DNA of 64,000 nt from the human T2T-CHM13v2.0 reference genome, Homo sapiens, in the NCBI RefSeq assembly GCF_009914755.1, contig NC_060941.1, one strand, 5' to 3'. This document shows positions 26,683 through 40,309 of this stretch, one piece after another. The position numbers and the translations under genes were made by a program. Under the pieces are notes generated by a model. That model was not told where the DNA came from. It ran no database searches and saw only the letters and a program-made list of their open reading frames with translations. Numbering within the stretch: the stretch's first letter is position 1; every line of letters starts with the position of its first letter.

Positions 26683-26780
26683 ATTTTATTTTAATTGACA
26701 CATAATAATTATATATATTTATAGGGTATAGATGTGATACATGTATACCACATGCAATGATCAAATCAGGGTAATCAGCA
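26683..26780 (-). mobile_element. L1MA 3'-end fragment
   Basis: ttttaattgacacataataatt...gcaatgatcaaatcagggtaatcagca. Confidence 0.8.
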
Positions 26781-27259
26781 AGATACAGATTTTTAAAATC
26801 CTAATCTTATAGATGAGAAAATGGGTGCAAGTAGGTATTCCAGGTAAAATAGCTAGTCAATGGCAGCAGTATCCATATTTGAACTCACATCTACTTATGT
26901 GTCTGCAGCTCTTCCCATAATATCCAACCAGGTCTTCCATGACTGGGCTAATGAGTGAAGTGGTGAATGAGTCAAAGATGTTCCTTGAGTTTCCCTCCCC
27001 ATGCACCCATACACACCTCTTCTTTTGACAAAGTTTGTCACAACTCAGAGAAGATGCCATAATGGCCAGCCTTCTAGTTCACTGGACAGTCAGGGAATGC
27101 AATTTACTAAATAGAGAGGGCAGATGGTCAGTTTCTTGACCAGCGGTTGAAGACTTGGTGAAGACCAGTGGTTCACCAAGCAGCATGAAGACTGCCCCCA
27201 GCTCTCAGAGCAGGGGAGGGAGGCTATCTCAGATGACTCACATGACATCACTGCAGCTC

Positions 27260-27707
27260 TTCCCCTTCCAGCTTAACCCAAACTTCCTGCATCTTTCTCC
27301 CTGAGCAAAGAGCCCTAGAGTGTTCAGGAGCGCAAGTGGCACCTGAACAGCCCAGGACTGGTCCTCTGACCTCAAGGGAGCCAGCTTATAGCTAAGTCAA
27401 TCAGATGATCTGTCTTGAATATCTGTGCTTAGAGAAATAGAGCAGTTGGAAGAAGAAAGGCCACATAGCTTGCAGCAGTAGCCTGGCCATTCTGGGCCAC
27501 GTGGCTGAGAAGCCCTGATGGAGAGAAGACTTTATCAGGTGGCTCCTAAAAGGGATGGAATGAGTAGCTCAGCCACAGTTCACATAGAACTCTGGTATGA
27601 TTCCTGCTTTTGAATCCATATGATGCTTTTAGCCCTAGAATGGGTTGCTTGTGGGTGTCTTACTAGGTTTATGTTCCTTGCAATGGAGAAATCCCTGAAC
27701 TAAAACA
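27260..27707 (+). mobile_element. Ancient ERVL/MaLR-type LTR (family uncertain)
   Basis: agtcaatcagatgatctgtcttgaat motif and LTR-like end gttccttgcaa...ccctgaactaaaaca. Confidence 0.45.
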
Positions 27708-28169
27708 CTGGGGAGCACTGGACAGAAAAGCTAAGGTTGGGAATGACATGGCCAAACAACTGTCAGCAGACTCTGGAAGCATTAAGCAGAACTTGTCTCC
27801 CACCTCAGTGGAAATGGACTCAGCATCAACTTTGGAGCCTGCAACAACTGTCTGCTAGGGTCCATTCTCTCATGATTGCTAAAACCACAAAGGACTTGCA
27901 AGATAATCCGGGCCACCATCTTTTTAAATTATCCTATAGTCAGGAACTTATTTCCTGCTCAGTTCTCTGTCAGTCCATCTGGTATTGTCTAAGGAGAAAT
28001 TCTCAAAGTGGTATTAATATGCTTCCGACAATCTCTAAACATTAGCTGATTTTTCTTTTTAATAAAGAAAGAACAAATCTTGGGCACAGAGCCTTGGCAG
28101 ACAACAAAAATCTAGCTATAAGTTAATCATATTTTTTATTATGCTCACTTTTACATTTACAGTTACCTC

Positions 28170-28485
<316 letters not shown>

Positions 28486-29639
28486 AGTTACCTTCTTTTT
28501 ATGGTGAATGATAATATTTTACCATTTATGTGGTGATTTAAAGTTTCCACTATACACATATTTATGGGGAAAAAAAGTCAATTTAAAGAAAAATGTCGTA
28601 TAAATAATAGCGTAGGAAGCATGCAGATATAGAACAAATCATGAAAGTGTGGAAATTACCTAACATGTGGGAAATGCTAGTTAAGCCCAGCCACCTATTT
28701 GGCAGGTGAAACAGGGGCCCCGATAGGGCAGGTAGTTAGCCAGAGACCACCCAACCAGTTCCTCTCACTCTCTTCAGCCACACATGGCCCTTTAAGAACT
28801 CTTTCTACATTTATTTTGTGATGTCAGGTATTAAAGAAAATAGCTAACCAAAGAGTTCTTTTAATGGTAAAGGGGACAGGGGCTGGGGATGAAGGTGGAG
28901 GGGAGACTGTTCTGAATTTCCCAGCAGCGAACAGGTACCCTATGCACTGTGTGGAGTCAGCAGGGTGGCAGGTGCCTTGGTGGTGTCACTGGCTACTCAT
29001 TGGCTAAGCAGAGCTCAGGGAGAAACAGATCATTGGAAGCTTACAATGCAGAGGCATAGTCATGGCCTACAAAACAGAGCATTAATAAAGATCACAAAGA
29101 TACACCTAAGAGAGGAAAATGAGCCTTTCTGTCTCTGTAAATAAATCCATGGCTTGCAAACAAAAACATGCCAGGAAAACCAACTGCAAATGCACTCCTA
29201 GTAAAGGAGACCAGATGTCCGTGGAATCATTTTAATTAAATTGTGAGTCAATTGTAAACCAGAGGGTGGGGGGTTGAGGGGAGTGGAATTTTGCTTTCTA
29301 AGACTGCCAGATGCAAAGTCCAATTTTCAGGATAATGTATCCAGGGTGGAGGAGCCTTTCCAACATTTAATTACATATTGCCTAGCAACTGAAGAGATGA
29401 ACAGGAATGGAGTCAGGGGACCTGGGGTGATCCATTAGGATGTTGATGCCCCAGGTTGCAGGACACACATCAACACCAGGCGATGGTCAGTGTGTTGATA
29501 TGGTTCGTCCCCAGGAGCCATGAGATGGTTCCAATTATGTGAATTGTAAGCCACATTTTGTTCCATTTCCATTGGGCGGATCAACCCAGTAACCTGGCAG
29601 AATTACGACCCTGTTTCCTTCCTTTTTCACAAGAGAAGC

Positions 29640-30860
29640 ATCTTTTCTTTCTGTATAAAGTAATAGATGTTGTTAAAAATTCAACAGTACAGACATGCAT
29701 AAGGCAGCAAGTGAAAATGTACCTGCCAGGTACAGCCACTATTAACATCTTGGAGCATATATTTCCAGAATTTTCCAGTCATAAGCTAATCTCCCTTGTT
29801 CTAACCTAAATGAGATATTACTGTACATATTATTTCATAATCTGCTTTCTTTCCTCTAATCTATGGTGGATGCTCTTTCTAAAAAACGTTTGTTTTTTGA
29901 TAGCATTGGGAGATATACCTAATGCTAGATGACACATTAGTGGGTGCAGTGCACCAGCATGGCACATGTATACATATGTAACTAACCTGCACAATGTGCA
30001 CATGTACCCTAAAACTTAGAGTATAATAAAAAAAAAATAAAAAAAAAAACAAAAAAAAAAACGTTTTTTTATTGAACTATGTCAAACATATGGAAAAGTG
30101 CACAGATAATGGAACCAACATGGAGAATAATATATAGACTTTTACCAGCTCCCTACCACCAAGACATACTTTCTATTACTTCTTCCTAATCACTACTTTC
30201 TTCCTTCTCTTCAAAGGTAACTATTCTCTTGATGTCAAATAAATTAATTTTGCCTAACTTTGAACTTCACATATAATGAATCATACACTGTATTTTGTTT
30301 TGTCTGATTTCTTTGCTCAACATTTTGTGAAATCCAATTGTGCATTTTTATGTAGTCATAGTTCATTTTTATTTTTATAGTTTTGCATTGTATGGTTACA
30401 TAATAATTGATTTATCCATTCCAATGTTGATGAACTTTTAGGTTGTCTACAGTTTTGAGCCATTACAAATAGATTTTTATGCATTCATTTTGGTACACTT
30501 ACAAGACACACTTCTTAGTTATATACCTAGGAGTGAAATTGCCACTTTTCTGTACCAATTTACACCCCAACATCAGTTTTTGAAAGTTCTCAAATTTGTC
30601 CTTTTTAATGTCTGTATTATGTCAAATTCATCGTTTGCTGAATTATATTCCATTGTATGGATATCTTCATAGTTTTCTATTGATGAAAATTTTGATTGTT
30701 TTCAACCCCCCACATATTTTTTTTTGAAAAAACAATGCTTCCATAAATATCCTTGTACATTTATCTCTGAGCACTTATGTGATTATTCCTTAGGATGAAT
30801 TCCTAGGAGTGAAATTCTGAGAGTCAAAGAGTATATGTATTTAAAATGTTCATACTTCCA
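29640..30860 (-). mobile_element. Old L1M (L1ME-like) 3' fragments hosting the L1Hs insertion
   Basis: tttatccattccaatgttgatgaac...atatacctaggagtgaaattgc; ttcctaggagtgaaatt. Confidence 0.7.
29899..30055 (+). mobile_element. L1Hs-Ta, severely 5'-truncated (3'UTR end plus poly-A)
   Basis: Ta-diagnostic ACA at 29934-29936 (gatgacACAttagtggg) and G at 30019 (cttaGagtataat); long A tail; TSD aaaaaacgttt at 29881-29891 and 30056-30066. Confidence 0.95.
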
Positions 30861-31629
30861 GGTTTCTTAAGTTAATTTTATTCAACTCTCTGATTCTTTC
30901 ATCTGTGTTTGACTCTCATCTTTCTGGTTGCTGCCTTGAACACACTCCAGGTACCAATTGTCCCATAAAATGTAGGATCCCTGACTGATCTCTATATGTC
31001 AGGCAACCTTGAATGGATTGAGTGAGGAAGTGGGGTCCAGAGATGCCATAGACCTACAGATGGAGATCACAGTTCACAAAATCTCCTCCAGGGCCTAAGA
31101 AGAAGCCAGTCTCTGAAATGTGCTTCTTGGATTTTGTCTGAACATCTCACTAGCCTAAAGCAGAAGACCCTAGACTTAAAGAAGCTCATTCATTCATTTG
31201 GATCCCAATGATTTCTGAATTGTGGTCCCTTGGACACATCAGTCATGTAGGAAAAAAAGAATATGTAATGTGAATGCAGATGTTCAGACACTAATTGAGG
31301 GCCATGTGCCAGCTACTGCTGCAGACGTTGATTATCCAACCACAGTTGGAATCTGGGAAACAGAGACTTAAGGCAGAAGTTCTGCAATGGAGATATGGCA
31401 TGGTATATATGTGTAGAGGAGGGAACAAACACTTTCAAAAGTATCAGAAAGAGCTTCATAGAAAATTTTTTAGATTTTCTGCTATATCTGCTATATCTAA
31501 AAAATATTTTTAGATTTTCAGGCTGGCTGAAGTTTCCCCAGTTTAAAGTAGGATATGAATATTATCAACAACTTCTCTTTCCTGATCCCCTGTAATGCAC
31601 CAGGCTCTTCACGGTAATGATTTATTTAT

Positions 31630-31810
31630 CTCTAGAATTTTCACAATAACTAGATATATTTATTATTCTTCCCTGTTTCTCAGATGAAGAATGTAAGGCT
31701 CAAAGAGAATAAAATGAACTTACCAAGGTTGCACAGCTAGTCCAGGAAGAGTAAGATTAACAATCATCTCCATCCAATTCCAAAGACTGGGCCCTTTTGC
31801 CAACCACAAG
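31630..31810 (-). mobile_element. MIR
   Basis: cagatgaagaatgtaaggctcaaagag...ttaccaaggttgcacagctag. Confidence 0.75.
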
Positions 31811-32636
31811 ACATTTTAACAAAAGGCAAAGCAAAAGTTCAATTAAGGAGGCTATGAGGGTTATCACAGATGCAGGCAAGGGGACACAAGGGAAAGACTG
31901 CCTGTCTCCTTCAGGGGGCTGAGGTTCTACTGGGGAGATTTCTCTCCTTGGGTAAATGCAGCAGTGTTTTGGAGCCCCACGGAGAGGCCTGGTTTCAGCT
32001 GCTCTGACAACTGCTTGAGGGCTTCTGCTGTCACAGGTAGAAGATACAGGGGTTCTTTTTCTGGGATCATGTCTATATCTTTACCTTATCAAGGCAGACA
32101 GGAAAGTGCAAAAAGAAATGTGAATGCCCCAGTCACACCAGAGATACAGCACTGCTGTCACCCTCTGAAAGCTAAGCAGGGACATGGGGTTTAGGGACCA
32201 CGATGTCAGTGGCTTCTTCCCAAGATGATGCATGCAAGTGGCAAAATTCAGACTTGAATTCACATCTCCTGGTTCATAATTTCTGTGTGAGAAGGTTTTT
32301 CTGCAGTAAGTCATTGAAGCCATTTGATCTTAGCAAGAGCTAGGAACATTTTTTTTTCTCTCTGAGCATTAGAAATCATAAATGTATATACTAATCAAAT
32401 CTCAGCTATAATTTATTTATGTGCTCAAAAACTATTTATGGCAGGGTCAACAAATGTATGTGTGTGTGTATGTGTGTGTGTGTGTGTGAAGGAAGAGATA
32501 ATAAATATTTCAGACTTACAAGTTATACAATCTCTGTAGTAACTATTCAACTCTGCCACTGTGGGATGAAAACAGCTATAGATAGTATGTAAAACAATGG
32601 GTATGCCTGTGTTCCAATGAAACTTTATTTACAAAA

Positions 32637-34205
<1,569 letters not shown>

Positions 34206-34259
34206 AACACCAGATGGCAGGCTGTATTTGGCCCAATGGCTGTAGTTTGCCAGCCCCTG

Positions 34260-34870
34260 ATTTACAGGATGTCAGGTATAGTACTAGACACAGGGAGCAT
34301 AGCAGAAAAAATGAAATGCATCTCTTGCTCTGATGGAGCATAGTCTAGTGATAAAGACAGTTGCCAAACACAGAATCATATCTAATTGATACCACATTAG
34401 AAACCGTAATAGATGCTTCAGATAAAAAATTCAGCCGAGAGAGGAATGGACCAAGTCAAGCAAAGCCTTGTGGGCTGCGATGAGAAATTCTGTTTTTTTT
34501 TTTTTTTTTTTTTTTTTTTTTGTCTAAGCACTTCATCAAAGGCTCTCTGTGGTTGCTGTTTGGAGAATGGGTTTGGGAGAGAGAAAGAACAACACAGAAA
34601 GACCAGCAAGAAGCAGCCAGAGATCCCTTGATAAAGTGCTTAGACAAAAATAATAATAATAAATTTAAAAACTAGAATTCCTCATCACAGCCCACAACAC
34701 TTTGCTTGACTTGGTCCATTCCTCTCTCAGCTGACAGGCATTTAGAGGGTAGGACAAAAGGTCATGGTGGTGGGTTGAATTTGGTGAGGGTACGGGAGGA
34801 AGAATTCAGGGTGCCACCCCAGTTTTCTAGCTTAAGCAGGTGAGCAGAGGAAAGTACAATTTTCGGAATC
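34260..34870 (-). mobile_element. L2 fragment containing an inverted duplication
   Basis: L2-like ctctctgtggttgctgtttggagaatgg and aattcagggtgccaccccagttttctagcttaagc. Confidence 0.7.
34431..34734. repeat. Long inverted repeat (arms ~125 bp, loop ~55 bp)
   Basis: 34431-34491 vs reverse complement of 34674-34734 = 56/61 identical; 34521-34542 vs rc 34625-34646 = 20/22. Confidence 0.95.
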
Positions 34871-36099
34871 TACTTGTTGGGATGAGTGGGTGGGTGTGGG
34901 GAGAAAAGTCTCAGGCCAGAGCCTCTTAGAAATAGGGAAAGGGAGCTATTCACTAATCAATTCTCATATATTTGAGGTTCACCTGAAAGGTCTAAGTGTT
35001 GACAACTCTTAGAACAGATCTTCTCCATCTGTGCAATTGCAATAATAAACTTACCTTGTTAGATGATTACAAGGGTTAAATTAATTAATATTGGGAAAAC
35101 TTTTAGAACAATGCCTGACATATGTAGGCTTAATATAAGTGCTAAACATAATAAACTCTGATGGCTGCTTCAGTAGGAAGGCAGGAGCTAGAGAGATAAG
35201 ACCTTTGCCTTGCAAACTGTCCTGAATGCGCTTTGCTTGTGCCCACCCCACCCCCTGAGATGCTGGCATGAAGCTGGGCATCTTGGCTTCAGCCAAATCA
35301 GAGTGGGTTTTCCTTTTGTGCAAGATGTGAGATGCCATGATCAAGCACAGAGTGACTGTCCCCTCCTCCTCTCCCTTCCTCCTGCATGGGCACTGAGCAT
35401 CCAGCTATAGGCTCTCCCGGATAGATGCCAGATTCCTTCTAGTTCCTGTGCCCTAGGAGGATGGAGGAGTTCAGAAGCTGAATGAGGCTGGGGCACTCAG
35501 AGAGGGTGGACATCACAGGGCGGAGGGAGAATCAGACTGCAGCAAGTTAACACCTTGAAGTCATTAAAAGCCCTCTACAAATGGAAAGTATTTTGGGCAG
35601 CACTTGAAGAAATAACACACATAAAGCTAACTACCTGCGGCAAGGCAGCAGAGGCACTGCCACACCCTCCAGCTTCTCTCCACAGTGTCAACCCCACCTC
35701 CTTCTCCCTGCTCATCTTCACTTTCTGACTTTCCCAGTTTCCAGGATGGACAATGAGTGGAGAAGGTCCTGGTGGGCAGGGAGCGGCTAGGAAGGAAGGA
35801 GGGGTGTGTGTGATGCTTTTCTCCAAGCATATACCCTTGTCTTGCTCAGGATCTGGAGAGAGGACCCTCCCACCCTCTCCATTCTAGTCTAAAGGTGTCT
35901 TCTCTCAGGGCAGCCTCCTTAGTAAGGTGGGGACCTTTGTGTCCTCAGAGTCCTCAGAAGGGGACTTTGCCACCTGAATTACGGGAGGAGGAGGGATGAC
36001 AGCTACCGGAAAGAGGGAGGCTGATGAATTATGTATGGCTGGAGGTGATAGTAAACAGTCTCTGGATGATGAGCTGGCGGCAGACAGGCAGCACTGGGC

Positions 36100-36178
36100 G
36101 CTGAGTCATGGCAAAGGGGGTAATTAGTCTGTCAGCTGTACACACCTCTGGGTGGGGTGAGGTTTTGGGCTGAGTCAC
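36100..36178. promoter_or_regulatory. Two ARE/AP-1 motifs (candidate enhancer)
   Basis: GCTGAGTCAT at 36100-36109 and GCTGAGTCAC at 36169-36178; motif presence only. Confidence 0.4.
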
Positions 36179-36783
36179 ACTCTGCAGAGGGAGAGAGAGA
36201 GAGCTTGGACCTCAGAAAAACAAGGAGGGGGCTCATGTTCTTGATGAGCCATGCTGTTCTTGAGATCCCTCTCTCCTCCCACTTGCAGGCTCAGGCCCCT
36301 CCGCCACCCTACCCTAGAGTCACCATCCCATCTCCCTTGCAAGTGACTCGCCTGGACCAGCCAGATATCAGCCAGGAGGGCATTAGGACTTCCCTCCCCT
36401 CAGCAGAGAGGGGGTGTAAATAGTCTTCTGTTGCTTCCTGTGTTTGAGGTCCCCCTTTAAGCCCAGCCTGAGAATCTTGGAGCTGAGCCTGAAGCAAGGA
36501 GTGGGGATGACAGACCTTACGCCACAGAACATCGGGCCACAGAAGCCCAAGATAGAGGGAAGCCAAGACCCTACACACAGCCTGAACCAAGTGTCAGTCT
36601 GAGGGGTCAGGCAGGAAGATGAGCAAAGAGATGGAGACACCAAGATGGATAGATGGATTGGCTCAATCATTCAGTCATTCAACCCGTATGTGGTTTCTGA
36701 GGACTGTTATGAGCCAGGTATTCCTTCAGATTCTAGTGATACAGAGCTCGACAAGAGAGCTCAGACACCTATTCTCATGGAAC

Positions 36784-37524
36784 TGTTAGAGTCAGCAGAT
36801 ATTATTAGCTAGACCTGAGCAGCAGGGGCAGCCCTTGAGAAAAGGGAGGTCTGGAGAATCTCACACCCCAGAGATCACCTGAAACCTGCAAGCTAGGTAT
36901 GAGCAGAGGAGGGGAAATACCTATGCTGGAAGGAACACCCCTTAAGACCCCCAGTAATCGCTCACCCAGCAGTTCACCTGTCAGTTTGTCGCTAGCTACA
37001 TGCTGATAAGGAGGAGACGAGGGCAAAGGAGAAATTCCTTAGAGATACAGAGGCACATTAAGTATGGATCTGACCACTATACAACCTTCCTGGGTGGCGG
37101 TAATGAGCAATGCAGCCATAAGGCAGCACTGGTAACCAATACCTGGCCCACGCATGGGCACCAGCAAATAGTAAAGGAGGGTTCCACAAGCCTGGGGTGG
37201 GAACTAGGCAAGGGGAAAGGTGGGGACTGAAGGCAGAAGCAGGAAAACTAGACCAAGAAAAAGGCAGAGACTTAAGACAGAGACAAGAACTTCAAGAAAA
37301 AATCTGACATCATAAAAACCCAACGCAGAACTCCTGGGCTGTTGCCGGCCCATTCTCCTTCATCAGCCCACTCTGCCTCATCTTTCAGAGTGTACTATCT
37401 CTCTAAATAAACTCTTTGCTCTCCATTTTCCTTCAATACATTCTTTTTTTGGCTAAACTGTCTCTTGGTCAAAATCTTTCTCCCAAGACGACAAAGATAA
37501 GGATTATCCCCCTTCCCAGTAACA
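36784..37524 (+). mobile_element. MER50 ERV1 solo LTR inserted in a minus-strand L2
   Basis: TGTTAGAGT...CAGTAACA termini; perfect 4-bp TSD GAAC (36780-36783 / 37525-37528); AATAAA near 37407; gagaaaagggaggtctgg motif. Confidence 0.88.
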
Positions 37525-37744
37525 GAACAGTATGATGAGGAGACAGACAAATTACACGTAAGCCATGAACACACAAACTGACTTCAGAGAGTGATAAGTG
37601 CTTAGCAGGAACTAGAATGGGTGATTGACTGGAGGAAAGCCTACTTAAGCTACAGTGGTCTGGCTCATGCTGAGTAGTGAGTCAGGACAAAGGCCAAGAC
37701 CTTCTGCTTTGTGGTGGGGATTCCTCTCTCTATGTCCTTGACAG

Positions 37745-37950
37745 GCATTGTGGTGTAGAGAAAAAGGCAGAAGGATTTGGGATCATTCTTGAGGCCATCA
37801 CTTACTACTGTGTGACCTTGTATAGGTTTCTTTACCTCTCTGAGCCTCAAAATCCTTATCTGTAAAAATTGGGTAATAATATAGATTTCAGTCTTATAAA
37901 GAATTGTTGTAAAGATTAAAACGGGGTAATACCATGTACAAAAGCACCCA
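37745..37950 (+). mobile_element. MIR
   Basis: acttactactgtgtgaccttg...tacctctctgagcctc...atctgtaaaa. Confidence 0.85.
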
Positions 37951-38567
37951 ATGCAAACTTTCAAAACTCAGGCAGAAGTAGGATTCAAGCCCATGCCTGT
38001 CTAACCTTGTGCATAGTTCATCCCACCCCCAGGTACTAGTGATACCTCCAGAGAGAATGAGAATCATGCCCGACCGTTTTGGTGCCTAGAAGCAGATGCC
38101 TCAAGCTCCCCTCTTTGTGAGAGAATAGTCTATGGCCCCAACTCCCTTCCACTGGTCTTACCTCTGGCACTTAGGAGGAAGGGGCTGAAACCTATGTCAT
38201 AGCCAGGCAGCTGGGGCTTCCTGCCTGGAACCAGTTCTTTCAGGCTGAATTCTGCTTTTAGTCTTTCTCATCTCAGAAGACTTTGAGCTAATGGCCTGGA
38301 GCCTGGGTTTTAGCCCCACGTCTTCGGGCTTGGCCTCTCCTAGGTTCTAATATTAATCAAATTGCACTACTCAACTTCACCCTTTCTCCTAGGATTCGGT
38401 AGAAGTGACCATCTAGCGATGCCCTGGTGAAAAGAGAGAATGTTGCCTCTGTCACAGCTGGCTGGGCCCCCTTGGCTCCAAGAACTCCTTAGAATGTCTA
38501 TTTTACCCTTCTTGGAGCTGACCATACGAGCAGAAGGGATGAAAGGACTTTAGACCTCTGCTTCAAC

Positions 38568-38756
38568 TAGGGCTGCCGGATAAAATACAGGACATCAACT
38601 AAATTTTAATTCTAGATAAGCAATAAATATTTTTAGTATAAGTATGTCCCAAATATTGAATGGGGTATACTTATATTAACAATTATTTGTTATTTATCTG
38701 AAATTCAAATTTAACTGGGTGTTCTGTATTTTCATTTGCTAAACCAAGCAACCTTA
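38568..38756. mobile_element. MER53 palindromic hAT MITE
   Basis: tagggctgccggataaaatacaggac ... ttctgtattttcatttgctaaaccaagcaacctta with internal dyad symmetry. Confidence 0.88.
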
Positions 38757-40309
38757 GTCTGAAGCCAACAATTCTTCCCGCCGTGTCCTCTTGACCTCGA
38801 GCCCCAGTTCTGATAATGGCTTAACCTCGTCTGGAACTGGGCCTTGCCCCCAGATCAGAAAGATGCAACTTTGTTCCCCTGCCACTGAGCTGCTAGATGG
38901 TAACCCCTTTCTTCATACCCCAAACATCCTGACTTCCTCTTTCTATCACCGTCCTACTGGCATCCCCACCCTCCTTTGCTGGCCTCATGCCAATCTCTGC
39001 TGGCCAGTGCTTCTCAATAGTTCCTGTTCCACAGTTCTCCATCACTTTGTTCCACTGCCTGAAGTTACCTCTGGTGGGAGTCTCCTGTTGCTGATCACCA
39101 CATGCTTTTTGAGTATCTTTTTCTAACCATGTGGCTGGCTGATTACCGGGGACCACACCTATGACCAGTCTTGCCCCTCCTTCCCAGCAGTATTCCTGTC
39201 CTGATAAAATTAACTGCCCTCCCCCATCTTGTCCCATGACAAGCTCCAGTGACAAAGCTCCAAGGCAGCTAGTTTTTAAGCTCCAAGAGGGCAGGGATCA
39301 TGCATTTGAGCCAATATCTACTGGAGCTATTCACCTGGAGAGCCAAAGGGAGTCCAGGAATGCGGGAATAATGCAGGGATTGGAATGTCAGTGCTGTGGG
39401 GAGTTGATGATTTCCCATGGAGTGGAAAAAAGTGGGCTCAATCACTTAACAGTACCAGTCCATAGTATATGCTCAGTTAATATTTGCTGAATAAATGGAA
39501 ATAGAATAGGAAACTGAGGCTAACACATAATTGGACTCATTATTGTTAAAAATAGAAGTCCCCCTGATGGATGAGCAGAGTTTTCCAGAATACTGCTGGC
39601 CAATTTCACCCAGATCGCCATCCCAGCATCCTCTTGCTGCAAATGCTTTTTATAACAACACATTATAAACTATGTAGTTGCTTTGGCAAAAGTGGCTCAA
39701 AGTGAGAGAACTCTCAAAAGACAGAGACAGCTGAAAATGAAAACAGAAGGTTTTTAGGCCACTGCCCCTCCCAGCAGAATCCTCGGTCATATATGGGATT
39801 TTGTGTCTCCTTTACTTAACAGCCACTCAGTCCCCAAAGCCCCATTTCAGAGACTTTGGGGAGCCAAGTTCACCTCTGAACTTCTGGGCTAGTCATTTTC
39901 TTGCTCCTCTCCTTAAATCTTTTTCCTGACCTGCCCTCCCCAACTTCTATCTGTGCACTAAGAAGATGCTTAATGAATATGGCAGAATAAAAACTCTTGG
40001 CTGTCTCATTTCACTCAAGCCAAAGTGCTTGACCCACAGGAAAATGCTTAACTGGATGGATTTTTTTTTTTTAAAGAACAATCTCCTTGAAAGGGTAAAG
40101 GACCTAAGAGTGAGTGCTATAATCCCAGCTTTTGTAATACCACTCAATGGAGGTCTCTGAATTCCAGTAAAGAGCAGTGAAATTTTATTATCACAAAAAA
40201 GGAGAAAAATGTTTCAATTAGAAAAAGATTCTCAATTGTGCTACTTTAAAAGAAAATAACTTCATATCAAACATATTTAAAATAAAAAAATAAAAATGGG
40301 CCTAAACGA

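Noticed and set aside
34206-34222. CTCF-like motifs (acaccagatggcag; also ccgccagagggtgg near 63708)
   Set aside because: Partial matches only; cannot be distinguished from chance without a PWM scan or ChIP data.
38568-38756. Hairpins in MER53, MER3 and MER47 as novel ncRNAs
   Set aside because: The dyad symmetry is intrinsic to these MITE families.
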